Assembly: GCF_009914755.1 (NCBI RefSeq)
Contig: NC_060926.1
Source of the DNA: the human T2T-CHM13v2.0 reference genome, Homo sapiens
Strand: one strand, 5' to 3'
Length of the DNA stretch: 64,000 nt
Position numbers and translations under genes: made by a program. Below are positions 43,827 to 57,398 of this stretch, one piece after another; within the stretch, counting starts at the first letter, position 1, and each line of letters opens with the position of its first letter. The notes below the pieces were generated by a model. The model made no database searches. It was not told the DNA's origin and saw nothing but the letters and a program-made list of their open reading frames with translations.

Positions 43827-45469
43827 TTAGATAAAGAGGGAGACAGGTTTTATTCCATCACTACTGCAGTTTCTCTATGCCATCTAAATGTTCAATGAAG
43901 GAAATCAGGTGGTTTGTTTTTTGACAGCAATTGAACATTTTACTGGTCTCTCAAATTTACTGTAAAGAGATGAAAATCATTTAGGTTAGAAATTCTAAAA
44001 TTTTATACATATGGCTATATAGTACTCAGTTTCCTTCAACATTTTGGCTCTAACAATTAAAACAGTAATACTACACATACAAAGCAAAAAGCTGAAATTA
44101 TCGGCCTCCAAGAAATTTTGTTAAGGCTTCCTTACCATTTGCTATTTTTAGCATAGATGTTTAAAAGAACTGTTTCCATCCTCAACCCTAAACCTATGTG
44201 TGTGCACGTGCACACACACATAAAGGGAATTTGGGGGCAATATTTATACCTAGCCACTTAGAATAAAATGCTGCTTGTGATATATCCAATGCCACACAGT
44301 TTTGGCATTCCTGAGGGTGAAATCCTATTTGTCACATCACTGGATCCCATAGGGTATATGTACACACTCTTTTAGGCAAGATCTCCAGTGTGGATGCAGT
44401 CTTTCTCCCCAATGCCAGCACTATAATGAGATTCTGTTTCATAGCTGTCATACTGGCTTATGAAGCACAAACTCAATTTCCTGCCACTGCTTTTACTTAC
44501 TTGCACAGCATGTTCTGTCCTAGTGCCAACAATTTTTAAACTGAGAAACCACACAAATGACACAAATACACCCACACAAAAGTAAAAGCCACATGTCCAG
44601 CAACTAACTGCCTGTGAAGACCTGCCTGTGGACACCCAGCAACCCCACTCATCACGAGTGCACCACTCAGATGCCAGAATTCTGGCCCCAGCTCTACCAA
44701 TGATATGTTTTTAAAAGCTGAAAGTATGTAAGCTAAAGTACAGGGTAAAGGAGAGAAAATTACACCATAGTTAAAATTATATACAAATTATACAGTTACA
44801 GGAAAATGAACTAAGAAAATATAGCGAAAATGATTTTTGATGGTAATAGCTGAATTATGATATCAATTTTCTATTATTTCTTACAATCTATGAAAAAGAA
44901 ATAAGGAGGATTAATGAAAGCATTTTTAGATCACTTTAGGTATTTTATATAGGAAACATGCTGTTCAAAGAAAAATTCCTTTGGAATAATAATAGGTACA
45001 CAGCAGAGTGTGAGTCAAAAGACTTGCATGCTATTACCTGCTCTGCCCTTATGTATCAAGTTACTTTGAGGAAAAGCGCTCAGACTTCTCTTTACAATCT
45101 CAAGATATTCAAAATGTGAAGGCTTGTACTAGGAAGACAGTAGTAATGATGAGGAGAATTACTGGGATTCGGGGTGCAGTTTTAAAAGTTAATCCAACAG
45201 GATTAATGAATTCAGTACTGGTTGTAATCTAAGATACCTAAAAATTCTAAAATAGCTTAGCTATGATACAATGAGGTATCCAGAGTTAGAAAAAGTTTTT
45301 CTCAGCAATTAACTTTTTGATATTTTTTCCTTCATACAGGAGTAATTCACTCCTGTCTTTTCCTCTCCTTCTGGAATCACAAGAATTACCCACTAGTTCT
45401 CAAATATCATCACAAAGTATAGTGAAAGGAATACAGGAACTGGCAACAATAGACTACAATTGACATCAA

Positions 45470-46340
45470 AATCATTACTTTATTTATTCAACAATACTTA
45501 CTGCACACCTATCACAAGCCAGGGACTCTTCAAGGCGTTGAATTTATGCTCATTGAGAAAAAAAATAAAGAACAATAAAGGGAATAAAGTAAAGGTCCTG
45601 CTCTCATGAGTAAACACATATTTTTCTAGTGATACATGCAAAGAAAACTCAAACAGGGTGAGGGCACAGAGCGTTCCCTCAGAACCCTGGACATGCTATT
45701 CTGGTGGCCTCAGTAATGCAGTGATACTGTATGAAGTGAGATACTGTATGAGGGAGGAGGGATGAGGCCATAATGATACCCACAGGGCAAATACTTCAGG
45801 CAGAAGGAATTACAAGCACAGAGGTCCTGAAGCAGGAGATGCTCAGAATGTTCAAAATTAGCAAGGAGGTCAAACGTGGCTAGAGCAAAGAGAAATTTCA
45901 CAAAGAACGATTCAAATGACATCAGAATGGCGGTGGGTGCCAGATCACGCAAGGCCCAGTGGGCCATGGTGAGTTGGTGAATTGTAGCCTGGGTGTGATG
46001 GGAAGTCTTTGGAGGATTAGGAAGAAGATTAACACCACCCGACTTGTATTCTGAAAGGATTACTCTGGTTGCTATATGAAAAACAGACTTTAGGCATGGG
46101 GAAACAGTAGAAGAAAAGATACTGTTTAGGAGGGAAACACAAGAGCCCAGGTAAAATACCATGACAGCTTGTGCTAGGAAGACAGCAGCAGTGATGATGA
46201 GAGTTCCTGGGATTCAGGACGCAGTTTTAAAAGTAAAGCCAACAGGATTCGCTAATAAATTCAATACAGGTTATGAAAGAAAGTCAGTGATGATTCACTG
46301 CATTGTTTCTGGCCTGGAAAACTGGGTGAATGGAGGTTAA
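45470..46340 (-). mobile_element. L2 LINE relic
   Basis: ttattcaacaatacttactgcacacctat terminus; caggcagaaggaattacaagcacagaggtcctgaagcagga; aaggattactctggttgct. Confidence 0.75.
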
Positions 46341-46455
46341 GTTTTAAGACTTAGAAACTCTTACTAAATTACCTAATTCAGCTCTTCACATATAACATAA
46401 ATGATGCGAATGTAAAACTGAAAAAGCAAAAGTAGGGATTGCTTTTTCTACTCAC

Positions 46456-46523
46456 CATTTGCAGATTGTATCATGTTTCCAGATTTCTGGACTTCATCAA
46501 ATTTTGTAAAAATTACATTCAAC
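46456..46523 (-). CDS. CLASP1: CLASP1 coding exon (2nd, 68 nt): LNVIFTKFDEVQKSGNMIQSAN(D)
   Basis: Acceptor catacag|GTTG, donor AATG|gtgagt; phase 2 in, phase 1 out. Confidence 0.96.
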
Positions 46524-47113
46524 CTGTATGAAAGAAAAATGTAAACAAACTATTAACCATCACTGCTCATAGCCAATTATATTAAAATGCTAATGTGAAG
46601 TTGATCCCCACTCCCCATCAAAAAAAACAATGGTACAGACCCACCTAGTAACAAAACAGTGACTCAATCAATAACATTAACAATAGCCAACAATAACTGA
46701 GCACTTACTATGGGTAAAGAATGGGCCTAGAAGTCTATCTGAAAGATCTCATTTAATCTCCTTGAGGTGACACAGGTGTGGGGTGGAGATTCTAGCCCTG
46801 AGAGTAGTAATCCAGAGCCCCTGCTCTCTGACATTACTGACTACTCTACACAAAATGTGTATCTTATGAGAAGTGTGTGTTTCTCCTCTTTCTTTCTTAG
46901 CGCAGACTATCAATAACTTGGGATGGAGCTTTTCAAAATGCACTAATAGTACGTTACAAAGGCTTGTGCTTATTGCTGTGATTCATGCTTAATCCAAAAA
47001 TGCTATAAATGATTTCTCTAGAAACAAATGCTGTGACTGGATAATCTTCAGCTTAAAAAAAAATCTGTATTACATTTATTTTCTATTAATGGATCATTTC
47101 ACCTTGGCATTTA

Positions 47114-47607
<494 letters not shown>

Positions 47608-50600
47608 TCAATTTTAGGGACATTTTAAGTGCTTTTTAACACACCATCCTATCCTGCCAGCTCTCATCATTTCAAATATGTTTGCCTTTTCTTCTCAAGC
47701 GAATGGAAGCTCCTTAGGGGTAGAGATGTGAGCTACATTCTTTTGGTATTTGTACCAAACACTATGTATGCCATGCAGACACTCACTCAGGAGAGTTACA
47801 TCACTATGTTAGACAGCTGGAACCTAACTCCTCACTCTGGAAAACTGTAGGTATTCACACAAGCTCTGGTGTTAGTTCATTCATTTGTTCATTCACTCAA
47901 AAATACTTGAGTGCCCATTATGTGCCCAACACCGAGCTAGTGAGTTCTTACCCTCTGGAGCTTATGCTCTAAGTAACAGAGAGGACAAAATTACACATCA
48001 GCAAATGAGGGGGATGAACCAGCCTGATGCACTGCCTCCCCCCATTCCATAGGAGACACCAACAATCTTTTCAAGCCATCTTTCCACCAAGCCCAGATGT
48101 TCCCTCAGAATCCTTCTCAAAACTATTCCAGGCAGCCACTACCCATTCGTTAAAGCTGGCACTGAATAAAACTCCAATTGCCACCTCAGGACCAGATATG
48201 AATAAAACTATAACTCACTTTCAAATCCAGCAGTTACTAAAGAACTGGAAAGATGCCTTACATGATTGTGTTTCTTATGATGTTTCCATTATCTTCCCTT
48301 TTTAAAAGTAACAAAGATCTCCAATGGCTTGACAAACTCATAAATAATATCATGACACCGGTTGCCAGGGCATGCCCTCACTAAGGCACTACTTGATTGT
48401 GTCACAACCACACCCTCTGATGTGAGCATGTCTGCAAGTCTGCAAGTTAGAGCCAAGGTATACCTCTAGTCTGGCTGTTCCTGAAATTACTGGAAGAAGG
48501 CAAGTATTTCTTTCATTCCTGGGAGAGTATTCACCATTCTAAATGGTAATTGTGTACGAGTCTGCAGATTCTTTCTCAGTGGTGAGGCATTCTCACTGTG
48601 GTCACATTACCCACGACCTGGCAAGCCTGAACAACTAGGTATGAGAACACTATAAACATAACTATTACTAGTATGTCCACCTTAATTCAGAATTCCCTCC
48701 GCTTTTACTCTCCTGCCTCACTAGCTCCCTCATTCTCTGCTCATTAATGCTGCTACAACAGCTCCTATCAAGGTTACCACCTAAAGAGACAGTCTAACAC
48801 CAACAAAGCATCCTTAGGAATGAAAGGACTGGTTTTTGTTTGCTAGCTCTGAGCACAAAAATATAAAATGTCTCTCTTGGGACCTACTGATTCACACAAA
48901 TCTAAAAGGATGAGTTTTATATATTCAAAGACATTGAATACATAACTAATGATTACCCTCTGAGGCCACTAAATTGTTTTATTTTAAATCTCTGGATTTC
49001 CATTTAAAATAAATTTCTTTACTGGTTTGACAACCACCATCTTCCTCTATTTTTTCTGAATTTAAATTTCCATATTAAACTCTTCAATCCAATTAGAATT
49101 TATTTTACTATAAGATTTAGTTCAAATTAGTTCCTTCCTAGAAAATTTTATATATAAATTTTAAATAATTTCCTGGAAGCAAATACTTAATCACGGCAAT
49201 CTCAGTCAATAAGCTGCATCCATATACTCAGAGCTTCTAGCATGAAAAAGAGAAATCAACATAAACACATACTTAAAAATCCAAACTTGGAGGACAGAAG
49301 AGATTTTAAAGAGAAAGAAAAAGTTTTTTTAAAAATGTCATTAGTGCTTCCAAAGAGATAAGAGAAAATATTGTGATCATAAAACAGGAGAGTAGCACTT
49401 TAAAATGGCAGAATAAGGACCCTTGAAAATCTGCTTCAAAGAAGCAAAGAAAACATTGGCAAAAACCGTCCAAATCAACTTATCATCATGGCAAGTGTGA
49501 AAACCAGCAGCCTGGCAGCCACTAGAAAGAGCTGAAGTTCCCAAGTCTGGAGCTCCCTAAAAGTCCCCATTCCCAAAGAACTATCATTCCACCTATCTGG
49601 CACATCCCTGCAAGCCCAGTTGCAGGGCTTGTCTTTATCTGACCTGACTTAGAGCTTGTTCAATGTTAGAGGCCTTTTCCCTGAGGCGATGATCAAAACT
49701 AACCAGTGACAACTGTTCAACATGGCGGATACCCAAGACAGAAATAACAACTGGGGCAAAGAAGCTGACCAAAAATAGGAAAAAAAAAAGGTGGGGGGAA
49801 GGAGGGGTAGAAATTGAGATGTCCACAGCAAACTTTGAAAACACTGACATACTCCTGGGAACCTGGGAGGTCACGTATATGTGCAAGGCTGTGCACATGC
49901 ACAGGCCCAGGAAAGACCCCTGAAGCCTCTAATGTCCCCACTGGCTGACTTTGACACTCTGAACAAGCAGGAAGTAAAAAGGAAGACAGAGGTGCAAAAC
50001 ACCTTTCAGAGCACTGAAAGCATGCCCCCAAAACACAGAGCCAGTCAGTAGAGGCTGGGAGACTTACTGGTTCAACATGTTTAAGGAAATCTCTGTTCAA
50101 TCATTAGCTCACCGCTAAGCTAACCAACCAGAGAATTCAGTGGCAACATATAACAAAGAACAAAGACTTTAAGGAATTCTTTCAGGAAAGTCACTAGAAC
50201 AAAATAAGCAACAAAAACAATAAAAAGCAACAACAAAAAATCTGGGGAGGGGAAAGAATATGATTTCCTGAGTTGCCACAATATATTATTTCAAGTGTCC
50301 AGTTTCAACAACAAATGATGAGACAAAGAAACAAGAAAATATGGCCCATACAAAGGAAATAAAAATCAGTCAACAAAAACTATTTTTAAGGACACCTATA
50401 CATTGCCTTAACTCAATGAAGACTTCAAGTCAACTAATATAAATATGTCGAAAGATCTAAAGAAAACTATTTCTGAAGAATTAAAGTGTAAGAACAATGT
50501 CTCACCAAATAGAGAAAAACAACAAACAGAAAGAATATATTTAAAAGAACCATACAGAAATTCTGGAGATGAAAAATACAATAACTGAAATTAAAAATTC

Positions 50601-51904
50601 ACCAGGAGGAGTTCAACAGATTTGAGCTGAGACAAGAAGGAATCAACAAATTTGAAGATCAGTCAAATGATACCATATCCTACCTAAGTAACAGAAACAA
50701 ACAAAAACAATGAACAGAGTCTAAGAGATCATCTTACAAAACCAATGTACCAACATAGTCACATAACAGAAGTCCCAGGAAAACAGAAAAAAGAAAAGGA
50801 GATACGGTACTTTTCAAAGGACTTTTTGGGTCAGATACTTTGCCCTAGTTGTTATCGTTGCCTCAGGCATCTACCACGTTGAAAAATTATCAAAAAAAGA
50901 TATATGAAGAATAATGGCTAAAAACTTCACAAATTTGATATAAAACAATCTATATATTTAACAAGCTACTCCAAACAGGATAAACTTAAAGAGATCCAAA
51001 TCTAGACACAATAACCAAACTGTCACAAGAGAAGACAAAGAGAAAATCTTCAAAGCAACAATGGAGAACCCACTCATTGTGCACAAGGGATCCTCAAAAA
51101 GGTCAATATCTGATTTCTCATGAGAAACCATGAAAGCCAGAGTGGAGCAGGGTGGGAATAGATAATATATTCAAAGTTCTGAAATTAAAAAAGACAATCA
51201 ACCAAGAATTCTGTATGTAACAAAACTATTCACCAAAAACAAAAGAGAACTTAAGATATTACCAGATAAATGAAAAACAACAGTCCTTTGGGTTGAAATG
51301 AAAGGACACTGTACAACAGCTCAAATCCACATGAAGAAATAAAAAAAAAAGTAAAAATAACTACATAGGTAAATATAAAATATAGTATAAAAGTATTTTT
51401 TGTTCTTAGCTCTTTTCTTGTCCTACATAACTTAAAAAGAAACTGCATAAAGCAATAATTATAGAACTATATGCACTGGTGGGCTTATAATGTATAAAGA
51501 TGTAATTTGCATGACAATAGCAAAAAAAGAAGAAAACAGAGCTAAGTAGAAGTTTTTAATACTGAAATTAAATAGTATCAATTTAAACTAGACTGTTTAA
51601 AGTTAAGATGTTAATTGCAAGCCCCAGAGCAACTGCGAATAATTCCCCCCAAAAAACTAAAATAAACAGCAAGTTATAGTAGTACACTAGAAAATATCTA
51701 TTTAACACAAAATAACGCAGTAACAGAGGAACAAAGAAACAAGTCATGACATATAGAACATAAATAGCACACCTGCAGACATAAATTCTACCTTGCCAGT
51801 ACTACATTAAATATAAATAGATTAAACCAATGGAAAGTTAAAAAAAGTCAGACTGCATAAACAAATAAGACTCAACTTTATAGTGTCTACAAGAGACTCA
51901 CTGT

Positions 51905-52028
51905 ATTTATTTTTTTTATAAAAGATGGGGTTTCACTAGGTTGCCAAGGCTGAACTAGAGCTTAAGTCATCCTCCTGCCTCAGCTTCCCCAGTAGCTGGA
52001 ACTGGGGGTACATGCCACCACACCCAGT
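51905..52028 (-). mobile_element. Alu monomer (FLAM-like)
   Basis: T-tail, cctcctgcctcagcttccccagtagctgg; flanked by aagagac. Confidence 0.75.
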
Positions 52029-52474
52029 CTAAGAGACACTTAAGATTCAAAGTCACAAAGTGGTTGAAAAGTAAAGGATGGAAAAAGATATTTCATGCAA
52101 ACAGTACACAAAAGAGAGCTAGAATGGTTATAGTGATAACAAGTAACACAGACCTTAAGACAAAACTTCTCTCTGTGCACAAAGACAGACATTTTACAAT
52201 AGTAAAAGAGTCAGTGCTCAGGGGATCATAACAATTATAAACATATATGCACCTAAGAACAGAGCCCAAAATACAGGAAGCAAAAAGTGACAACTGAAGA
52301 GAGAAATAGATAATTCAACAGTATTAACTGGAAACTTCAATATGTACATTCCTTAATGGATTTTAAAAACCAGAAAGAGGATCAACCAGAAAATAAGACT
52401 TCAATGACACTATAATCCAACTAGAACAAACATCTATAAGACATTCAAACAAACAATATTAGAATACAGATTCT

Positions 52475-52761
52475 TCTTTTTTAAGACAGGGTCTCTCTCT
52501 GTCACCCAAGCTGAAGTGCAGTGGCACGATCCCAGCTCACTGCAACCTCAACCTCCCAAGCTGGAGAGATTCTCCTGCCTCAGCGTCTCATGTAGCTAGG
52601 ACCACAGGCACACGCTACCACACCCAACTAATTTTTTAATTTTTTTGTAGAAACGGGGTCTCATGTTGCCCAGGCTGGTCTTGCACTCCTGGGCTCAAGC
52701 AATCCTTCCGTCTCGGCCTCCCAAAGGGATGGGATTACAGGCATGAGCCACTGGGCCTGCC
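52475..52761 (-). mobile_element. AluJ-like element
   Basis: Full dimer, ctcctgggctcaagcaatcct; flanked by tacagattctt. Confidence 0.9.
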
Positions 52762-52845
52762 TTACAGATTCTTTTCAAGTGTACATGGAACATTATCCAG
52801 GAGTCCACATGCCAGGCCACAAAAATAAGCCTCAATAAATTTCAA

Positions 52846-53133
52846 GCCGGGCACGGTGGACCACACCTGTAATCTCAGCACTTGGGGACGCTGAGGCAGG
52901 TGGAACACACGAGGGCAGAAGTTTGAGATCATCCTGGCCAATGTGGCAAAACCTCGTCTCTACTAAAATTACAAAAATTAGCCGGGTGTGGTGGTATACA
53001 TCTGTAATCCCAGCTACTTGGGAGACTGAGGCACAAGAATTGCTTGAACCCAGGAGGCAGAGGTTGCAGTGAGCCAAGACTGTACTACTGCACTCCAGCC
53101 TGGACAAAAGAGTGAGACTCTGCCTCAAAAAAA
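52846..53133 (+). mobile_element. AluS-like element
   Basis: Full dimer gccgggcacggtgg...gactctgcctcaaaaaaa. Confidence 0.9.
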
Positions 53134-53879
53134 TGTTTTTAATTTAAAAAAAAGATTTCAAATGACTGAAACCATACAAATTATGTTCTCTAACCACAAT
53201 TTGATAAAATCAGAAATTAATAACAAAAAGAAATAAGAAACAAACAAATGTAGAAATCAAACACTCCTAAGTAACAAATAACTCAAAAATGAAAACAAAA
53301 AGGAATTAGAAAATACTTTGAGATAAATGAAAACATTAACATATCAAAGCTTATGGAATACAGCTAAAGCAGTACTTAGAAATTCATAGGTGTAGATGTC
53401 TACATTAAAACAGAAGATCTCAAATCAATAACCTTCCATCTTAAAAAACTGGAAAAAGACAAGTACATCAAACCAATCAAAAGTAAAGATTAGAGTGAAA
53501 TAAGCAAAATATATACAACAGGGAAAACAGAAAAATCAATGAAACCAGAAGTTAGTTCTTTGAAAAGGCAAAAACTGACAAACCTTAACTAGACTGACCA
53601 GAAGAGCAAAGGCTCAAATTAATGAAATAAGAACCTTGAAAGGGAAGGCATTACTGCTAAGCATGTACAAATAAAAAGGATTACAGGGGAATTCTATGAA
53701 CAATTATATGCCAACAATTAGATAACCAAGATAAAATGACTAAATTCCTACAGAGACCCAAGCTACCAAAACTGATTTGAAAAGAAACAGAAAATCTGAA
53801 TAGACCCCTAACAAGTAGAGAAATTGAATTAGTGACCCCTAACAAGTAGAGAGATTTAATTAGTGATTCAAAAAAAATC

Positions 53880-54112
53880 AGCCTGAGACCAGCCTGGGCA
53901 ACATGGCAAAACCCCACCTGTACAAAAAATACAGAAATTACCCGCGCATGGTAGCATGCGCCTGTAGTCCCAGCTACTTGGGAGGCCGAGATGGAGCGAT
54001 TACTTGAGCCCAGGAAGTCAAGGCTGCAGTGAGCAATGATCATGTCATTGCACTCCAGCCTGGGCAACAGAGAGAGATCCTGCCTCAAAAAATAATAATA
54101 ATAAATAAAAAT
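53880..54112 (+). mobile_element. 5'-truncated AluJ-like element
   Basis: gagaccagcctgggcaacatggcaaaacccc...aggctgcagtgagc. Confidence 0.88.
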
Positions 54113-54595
54113 AATTTTAAAAATTAAATAAATGGACGAATGAATGAATGAATGAATGAACCAAGAAAGAAAAGGCCTAGTCTCCAAGAAACAGCAGATG
54201 CACCTGCCGAGAAAGGTGAAGCAAAGACCCAGGATGACAAAGAGGTGTCAGGATGATGGGTTTGCAAGAGGCAGTGAAGGCAGCCAGTTCAGGCTGAAAC
54301 AGGCTTCACAGACTTACACAACTGGCAGAGAGGTTAGCAAGTAGAAAGTATGAGTATGCAGTAAGTATACAGACAACTATACAAATGAAACTAAAACAGT
54401 TATTAACTCCAGGAAAAACAAAAAGTTGTAAGAAAAAGGTAATCATAGTTTACCAAATATTAATAGTGAACTGTAAATAGCATTCATAATCATAATATGA
54501 ACTATATGTTGTCCTTACCAAAATTAAAATATGACTTTATTTGATAGATGAGGAGATTGGAAGTATATATGAGAGAGGTTAAGAGAAAAGAGAGC

Positions 54596-54891
<296 letters not shown>

Positions 54892-56842
54892 GAGAGAGAG
54901 AGAGAGAGCTGAAATTCAGCCTGCATAGTGAAAAGTATAATTCTTATAGTGACAAAAAATTTTTAAATAGCAATACCTGCCAATTATTAGGAGAACAGTA
55001 AATAACAAAAGGATCAATAAAAACAGTTGACAGCGTTTGCCTCTGAGGAGCAGAAAAAGGCAGAAAGAGTGAGGAACTGTCTTTTCAAAAATGTATCTTA
55101 TAAATCTAGTTGAATCTCTGTGTGTACAAATAACTATGACAAAAAATAAAATTAAAAATAAGTGATGTCTCAGAGCAATTTATCATCTGCTTTCACCTTG
55201 GGTTCTCTTTAACACTAAAGCTTTAGCAAGCAAGTTAAAAATTTTAAAGTACCAATTTTCCCTTTCCGAAACAATCATTAAGTAATAAAACCTGATGAAT
55301 GTTTATAAATTTTAAAATAGATAGCAAACGAGTAAATATTATGAAATGTGTTTTTTAAAAAAGTAGTTCCCAATGTAAGTTACCAAATAGTTATAATGAA
55401 TCAAGTGACCTATGTCTCAGCCCTGTCTATAAGTTAAATCATCTTCAGGTTTAAAGCCACTGCTTTTTAGAAGCTTGGTTCCCAAATGATGATCCCAGAA
55501 GAAATTTAACATAAGTGACCTTTTTCCCAACACTCTGCAAACTAAAATATGTGATACTGACTAAAAATATTTTCTAGAAGACTCAATGGGATGAGAGTGA
55601 ATGTCAAGATATGCTAAAAGTCTATGAAAGTAACAAAGAGTTAACATTTTATTAAGTTGTCAAGCATGCCTCACAGGGTATCACACAACTACATGATATC
55701 TTATGATGGCTAGAAGTTATTTATTTTCTGAACATATATACATGAACTATAATAATACATGTAAAAACCATGTTAAATGGTCAAATATTCTATACCTTTA
55801 GGGCCTCAACTACTCTGAGACCCCATGTAAGCAGGGAGACCCTCTAACATGAAGATTTTGTTAACTACCTCCACTTTATTATCTGGCTCGATAAGATTTT
55901 GGCCACGAGAAGAGAAGACTGAAATAACAACAAATGGCCCTAATCCCTAATTCCAGCTCCTCCAAAGTGAAGCTGGTTGTACAGGTCTCTTTTCTCAACT
56001 GCGAAATGGACAAAGAAAATTGTTGCTTGAATGGGATTACTACTCTTGCTATTTAAGTCATTTAGGTGATCTCACTAAGGCATTTTCCTCACCACGTATT
56101 TCTTAGAGATATAATTAATCGTATTCTTCTCAACATACTCTCTTGGTGAACAAACCCTTATGAAGACATTTTTAATTTAGAACTAAATCCAATTTTGGAA
56201 AGCATTAAGCAAATTTTACAATATTGTAATAGTCCTATGGAAGCTTGCTAAGTTGAAAAATCTATGCTCACAAAATTACTAAAAAATCTATAATGATGTA
56301 AGAGAAGTCTCGACTATTCAAGTAATCCAGTCACCCACGTGGAGCCACATATAGCAGATACTGAAGTTCTCTGATACCATAAAAGCCTCATTCCATTTGG
56401 GCACAAAAACAAAGGTGGTAACTGGAGCCTCTGCCCCTCAGAGTTCTAGATCTTAGGTAACTGTCTTGTAGTAAATGCAAGGAAACTTGAAGTTTCAGCT
56501 TCTCTCACTAGAGTAAGGTTTTTAAAGAACAGCATAGTTCTCCAAGCACTCGTGTATGCCAAAGTGTCACAATATGGATGTGAAGGGTGTGGGTCCATTT
56601 CCCTAAGAATACCCTCTCCGTTTTGGAGAATTTGTAGGAGGATTTTAGGTAACGTGAGCTAGCAGAAACCCTCATTTCTATTCAGAGGTCCAAGTTCTTT
56701 TGTAGCGCCTTTTTTATTTTATTTTTTTTTTTTAAAGAGAAGAAGGAGGGGGTCATGTGAAGAACCTGAGAAACATGTGACTGAGAAGCTGGAAAAGGTG
56801 GCTTTAACTCCAGCTCTGGCATCCAGGCCTCTGAGGTCCCAC

Positions 56843-57398
56843 TGTGTTGGGGATCTCCAGGACCACCCCCAGGCTTACTGGTTCACTAGGAAGACTCACA
56901 GGACTCAGCACAATCATAGTCACAGCTGTGATTTTTTATAGCAAAAGGATACAAAGCACAATCAGCAAAGGAGAAAGATGCATGGGGTGAAACCCAGAGG
57001 ATACCAGGCAAGCATCCTAGAGACTCTCCTGGTAGAGTCACACAGGACACATTTAATCCCTCAGCAGTGAGTTGTAACAACACAAGTGAGATGCTTTCTA
57101 TCAGGAATGCTCCTTAGAGACTCAGTGCCCTGGGTTTTTCCTGGGGGCTGGTCATGTAAACACCCTCTGCCTGGCACTTAACAAAATGCCAGACTCTCAG
57201 AAGGAAAGCAGGTATTCAGCATAAACCAAATTGTGCTGTGCAGTTTGACACAGTGAGCCACTCTTATTCCACTTGTTGGGAATGGTGGGGGCCCTCCCCA
57301 AATCCACATTTCTAGACACCAGCATGGGGCCAGGCCTGTAAGCAGGCCTTTCTAAGGAAAGCAGTCTCAGGCCAGCTGCATTAACTCTTTCCTGCACT
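56843..57398 (-). mobile_element. Solo LTR, MER21-like
   Basis: gaccacccccagg...ttcactaggaagactcacaggactcagca; ctctcagaaggaaagcaggtattcagcataaacca; gcaggcctttctaagga.agcagtctcaggcc. Confidence 0.75.

Larger units (their letters stand above)
49390..53880 (+). mobile_element. Long ancient L1M element (5' region, ORF1, endonuclease part of ORF2) with nested Alus
   Basis: ORF1 hallmarks at 50300-51250; endonuclease-region hallmarks (aaggatggaaaaagatatttcatgcaaac; acaattataaacatatatgcacctaa) at 52070-53830. Confidence 0.8.

Noticed and set aside
43531-43830. Lys/Arg/Glu-rich ORFs
   Set aside because: Artefacts of the polypurine repeat.
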